From: Cenococcum geophilum
Taxonomy: Eukaryota
Assembly: GCA_050273025.1 (NCBI GenBank)
Contig: CP158635.1
Coordinates: forward strand, 28,520,001-28,584,000
Length of the DNA stretch: 64,000 nt
Reading direction: 5' to 3'
A model generated the notes under the pieces. That model saw only the letters and a list, made by a program, of their open reading frames with translations. It made no database searches and was not told the DNA's origin. How positions within the stretch are numbered: position 1 is the stretch's first letter; each line of letters opens with the position of its first letter. The translations under genes were made by a program, and so were the position numbers. This document shows, piece by piece, positions 60,474-64,000 of the stretch.

Positions 60474-63026
60474 ATGGTTCCATGCAAATTCTTCATCGTT
60501 GGAAAGTGTAAGAGAGGAGAAAGTTGTCATTACTCCCATGAGACCACGAATTCAAATGCCAACCCGCTCCAGTCGACACAGCCAGTATCGCAGAACCCAC
60601 CAGCTCTCAGGACTAGAGGGTCTGATCCCGCGCATCCAACGCAAGACCCGCGGTCGCAAACTCCATGCTTCTACCATATCCAGGGCAATTGCCGGAACGG
60701 AAGTGCTTGCCCGTATTCTCACCTTGAAGGGAGCGAGCAGAAGGTGGAGGCAACTCCGGACCCGGAAGTACGTCCTTTACAGACCATCCTTTGATTTTCC
60801 TAGGTTATCCGCGGTACTAATGCACGCCAGGAGAAACAAAACTACAACAATTTCACACGAGAGTTTTGCGGCGCGTTGGCCCAATTCGAACATGGCGCTC
60901 AAGTGTCTAAAATTTCCCTTCCTACAGACTTCTCCGCCGCTCGGATAAATGGGCTACCAGTAGATAGCTCGCCGGAATCTGTTGCCACCCTTTTGTCTGG
61001 CGTAGGCATAGAACTTACGCCAGATTGCGTGCGGATACCATGGCAAAATGGCGCACCCCAGACGTCGGCGGATATCAAGGTCGAGGACCCTGCGTTTGCG
61101 ACGTTATTGTGCACTAAACTTGGTGTAAAAAAAAGCACCCTGGGAGCTCAATTCTCGCAGCTGGAAGCGATAAAAACCCCTGCTGGCATTTCAGGCCCAA
61201 ATGCTCGTCGAGTTGAATGTAAAAAAGTCGAGTGTTCCTGGGACAAGCCTTCTAGAACAGCATGCTTGAACTTCGGAAACGAAGATACTGCAAAAAGAGT
61301 CTTCGATAAGTTCTGTTCGGAGTCTTACAGGGTTCTTGATCAAACAGTGCACTGTAACATACCAACGAGGGACGGAGGAGGGTGGAGAAATCCGTATACT
61401 TGGACACTTACGCTTACAGACTTACCGGCCGACACCGCAGAGAAAGACATTCGTTCCGCCATACACTCACCGCACGACAGTCCTCGCAATATCGAGTTAG
61501 GAGAACCTAGTTACGACGCGGACGGTGAGCTAACCGGTGCAAGTGTGATATCTTTACTACATGGTGTTGGCCAAATCGAATGGAGCCAGCCCAACACAGA
61601 ATTAGAAGGCAAAAGAGCAAAAGCCATTGCTCGATTCTACGAGGAAGCAGATGCAAGGGAAGCTGCGAGGTCGCTTCACAACATGCCTCTGCCATTTTGC
61701 GAAAACATGGAATTAACTACACATCTTGTAAGTACTGCAAAGTTCAAAGTTGCGACCACCATCTTCAGCGCCGTCAAACCTAGGATTCGTACTGCAAGCC
61801 AGACTTGGACAGAACAGCATTTGGGCTTTAAGGCTTATCCCAGCGCTGGTCCCGGAAAACAGTACAGAGTTCTCAAGATTGAAGGGCGAGTAGCCGAGGA
61901 CGTTGCCGCCGCGAAGGAAACTATGGACAAGATATTGGATGGGATTACGGTGATGAGCCACGACAAACCGCTTTGGACTCCTTCCCTGAACAACAACGGA
62001 AGTGCATTTCAGAAATTAAAACAAATCCAACGACATCATGAGGTTATTATCATCCGCAACAGAAGGAAGGAAGAGCTTAAACTGTATGGCTCTCCTGAAA
62101 AGTGCCCTGGCGCGGAGTCGGCGATTGCTGACATGATCAATGCTGAATCTTCTACGGTCCATATTATCAAACTGAAGCCCGAAGACTTCCAATGGGCATG
62201 CAGTGGCGGGTTTAAGATGATTGCTACTACCCTTGGAAGGAATATTACTACTTTTGATATCGTCTCAACACCGAAGAGAATCTTGATTGGCGGATCTAAG
62301 AAAGAGTATGAGACTGCACTAAGAATTGTTAGAAAGCGGGAATTGAAATTGCAGGTTGAGACTGCCGCCGCGAAGGAGGATTGCGCTGTGTGCTTGACTG
62401 AGGCAGAAAATCCAGTTTTCACAAGGTGCAACCATGTGTATTGCATTGAGTGTTTTGAAAGCCTCTGCACTGCTGCCGGCTCGGGGGAGAAAGATTTCTC
62501 CATCAGTTGTTACGGAGACATGGGGAAATGCCAAGTAGTCTTTGGCCTTGAAGAACTACACGAAATACTCTCATCCAGGGCATTTGAAGACATCCTGGAG
62601 GCGTCCTTCGCCTCCCATATCCAACGCCATCCCCAGACATTCTGCTATTGCCCAAAGCCAGACTGCGGCATGATCTATCGCGCAACTAGCACGATGAAAT
62701 TCAGCACGTGCGCGAAATGCCTCACGGTGACATGCACATCTTGCCACAATCCACACGAGGGCAAGACGTGCGCGGAGTACAAGGACGAAGCCTCGGGTGA
62801 TTACGAAGCACGGGAAAAGGTGAAGAAGGAGCTTGGTATTAAGGATTGCTCTAAGTGCAAGACGCCAATAGAAAAGATTGGGGGCTGTAACCATATAATG
62901 TGCAGCGGCTGTAGAGCGCATCTTTGCTGGGTTTGCTTAAAGGCATTTTCAGAAAGTGGACCGTGCTATGACCATATGAGAGCAGAACATGGAGGAATAG
63001 GGCTGGAGCATTTGAATTACATTTGA
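60474..63026 (+). CDS. CCCH zinc finger + RRM/KH-like + RBR E3 ligase
   Basis: Two CCCH fingers (CKFFIVGKCKRGESCHYSH, CFYHIQGNCRNGSACPYSH), intron 60768-60829, RRM-like AIARFYEEADAREAARSL, RING1 CAVC..CNH..CIEC, IBR CPKPDC..CAKC, and RING2 CSKC..GGCNHIMC..CWVC. Confidence 0.88.
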
Positions 63027-63775
63027 TTTGGTGTGGAGGTAAGATGCAACCAGTTAGGCTGGAAGTAAGGATATCTCCTGGAAGGAGCAGACTGGAGTTG
63101 GAGGATGCGCTTGAACAACGAAAACGTAGATGCAACTGCAACGGGGATTGATACATCTACCCATAGCTGTGTTACGATCTCCTATAGTGGTATTCGTAGG
63201 CAACCGTGCGAGCAATAGTGGACTTCCCAGTGCCAGGCCAGCTGCTTGGCCAAAAGATGAATGCCTTGCCGTTATCACCGTCAGCCCATATTTTGATCGG
63301 CTAGAGAATGTCAACTTGGGTATTGTGACCTTTACCCGAAACCACACGTGCGGTCAAGGCCATTTGTACGATCTAACCATTCGTGGATGGACGGTTTATG
63401 CAAATGAACGATCAGCCGTTCGTGTGATCAAGCCATTCGTGCGATCAAGCCACAATTACGGCTTTAAAAAATATGGTCCATTTCCGACAGCGCCTGAGAA
63501 GGATCTAGATTGCATATGCTTCCTTGCTGCCTAGGGATCCACTGGGCGCCGTTACATCTCGGGGGTTCTCTTTTATGCGGTCTACGCGGCTGAGATCATC
63601 GATTGAAGATGTTCACGATGCTTATCAGCAGCTCTTTGTTACGGACCTTATGAACGAAGTGTCACGGCTACTCAGAGCGGAACTGGAGGAGCTAGTGGAG
63701 TTGGCACGGGCCACGATAGACCTGGTGGAACCATGAGCTGCACGTGACCCTAACAGCCCCTTAGTTCCGAGTTAG

Positions 63776-64000
63776 TGTACAGGATATAGAATAAAAGATG
63801 GTAGCAAGCTTAAATTCTAGTTAGTTTGTAGTGTTAAGGGAAGAAGTATAACTAGCATTATTTAACTACTCCTTTATATTCCAAAGATAGCGTTAATTAA
63901 ATCTCGAAGGCCATTTATTAAATGCCATACAAATTTATCTTACCCTCTTCTTCTCCGTTAATATTAAGACTTAAATATTCGTTAGTTAACCTATATTAAC
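63776..64000. mobile_element. Start of a RIP-mutated AT-rich repeat, possibly an LTR
   Basis: Abrupt shift to AT-rich, TpA-rich sequence beginning TGTACAGG. It runs off the window. Confidence 0.5.

Noticed and set aside
63130..63736. Two consecutive + strand ORFs (134 and 70 aa) that look protein-like
   Set aside because: No motif recognised and the frame is broken. Possibly a remnant, but it cannot be assigned without a search.
1..64000. tRNA/rRNA genes, a secondary-metabolite cluster or a Starship captain
   Set aside because: No cloverleaf or rRNA sequence, PKS/NRPS backbone or tyrosine recombinase was seen by eye.

Overview
64 kb of intron-containing filamentous ascomycete (Pezizomycotina) DNA. 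About 20 apparently intact genes are present: a PAP2 phosphatase (3' part), an Mtc4-like protein, a GH36 raffinose synthase/Sip1, mitochondrial TyrRS and AspRS, a small mitochondrial-type coiled-coil protein, NudC, an ANTH/AP180 adaptor, a kinase with an EH-like tail, Swp1, two MFS transporters, Gpi17/PIG-S, two F-box proteins, two RBR E3 ligases, 1-Cys peroxiredoxin and a Ral2-like kelch protein. Between them lie several pseudogenes or remnants and RIP-mutated transposons. The transposons are a complete 3.3 kb hAT with TIRs and an 8-bp TSD, carrying a nested 5'-truncated LINE and a MITE; a MITE cluster at 41.2-42.9 kb; and a probable LTR start at the right edge. Most notable: a degenerate HET-s-type prion-forming amyloid domain abutting a C2H2 zinc-finger pseudogene (44.0-44.2 kb), a kinase-EH fusion facing an NPF-rich ANTH gene, and a TIR element apparently inserted without a TSD. 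All family assignments come from motif recognition by eye; no searches were run.
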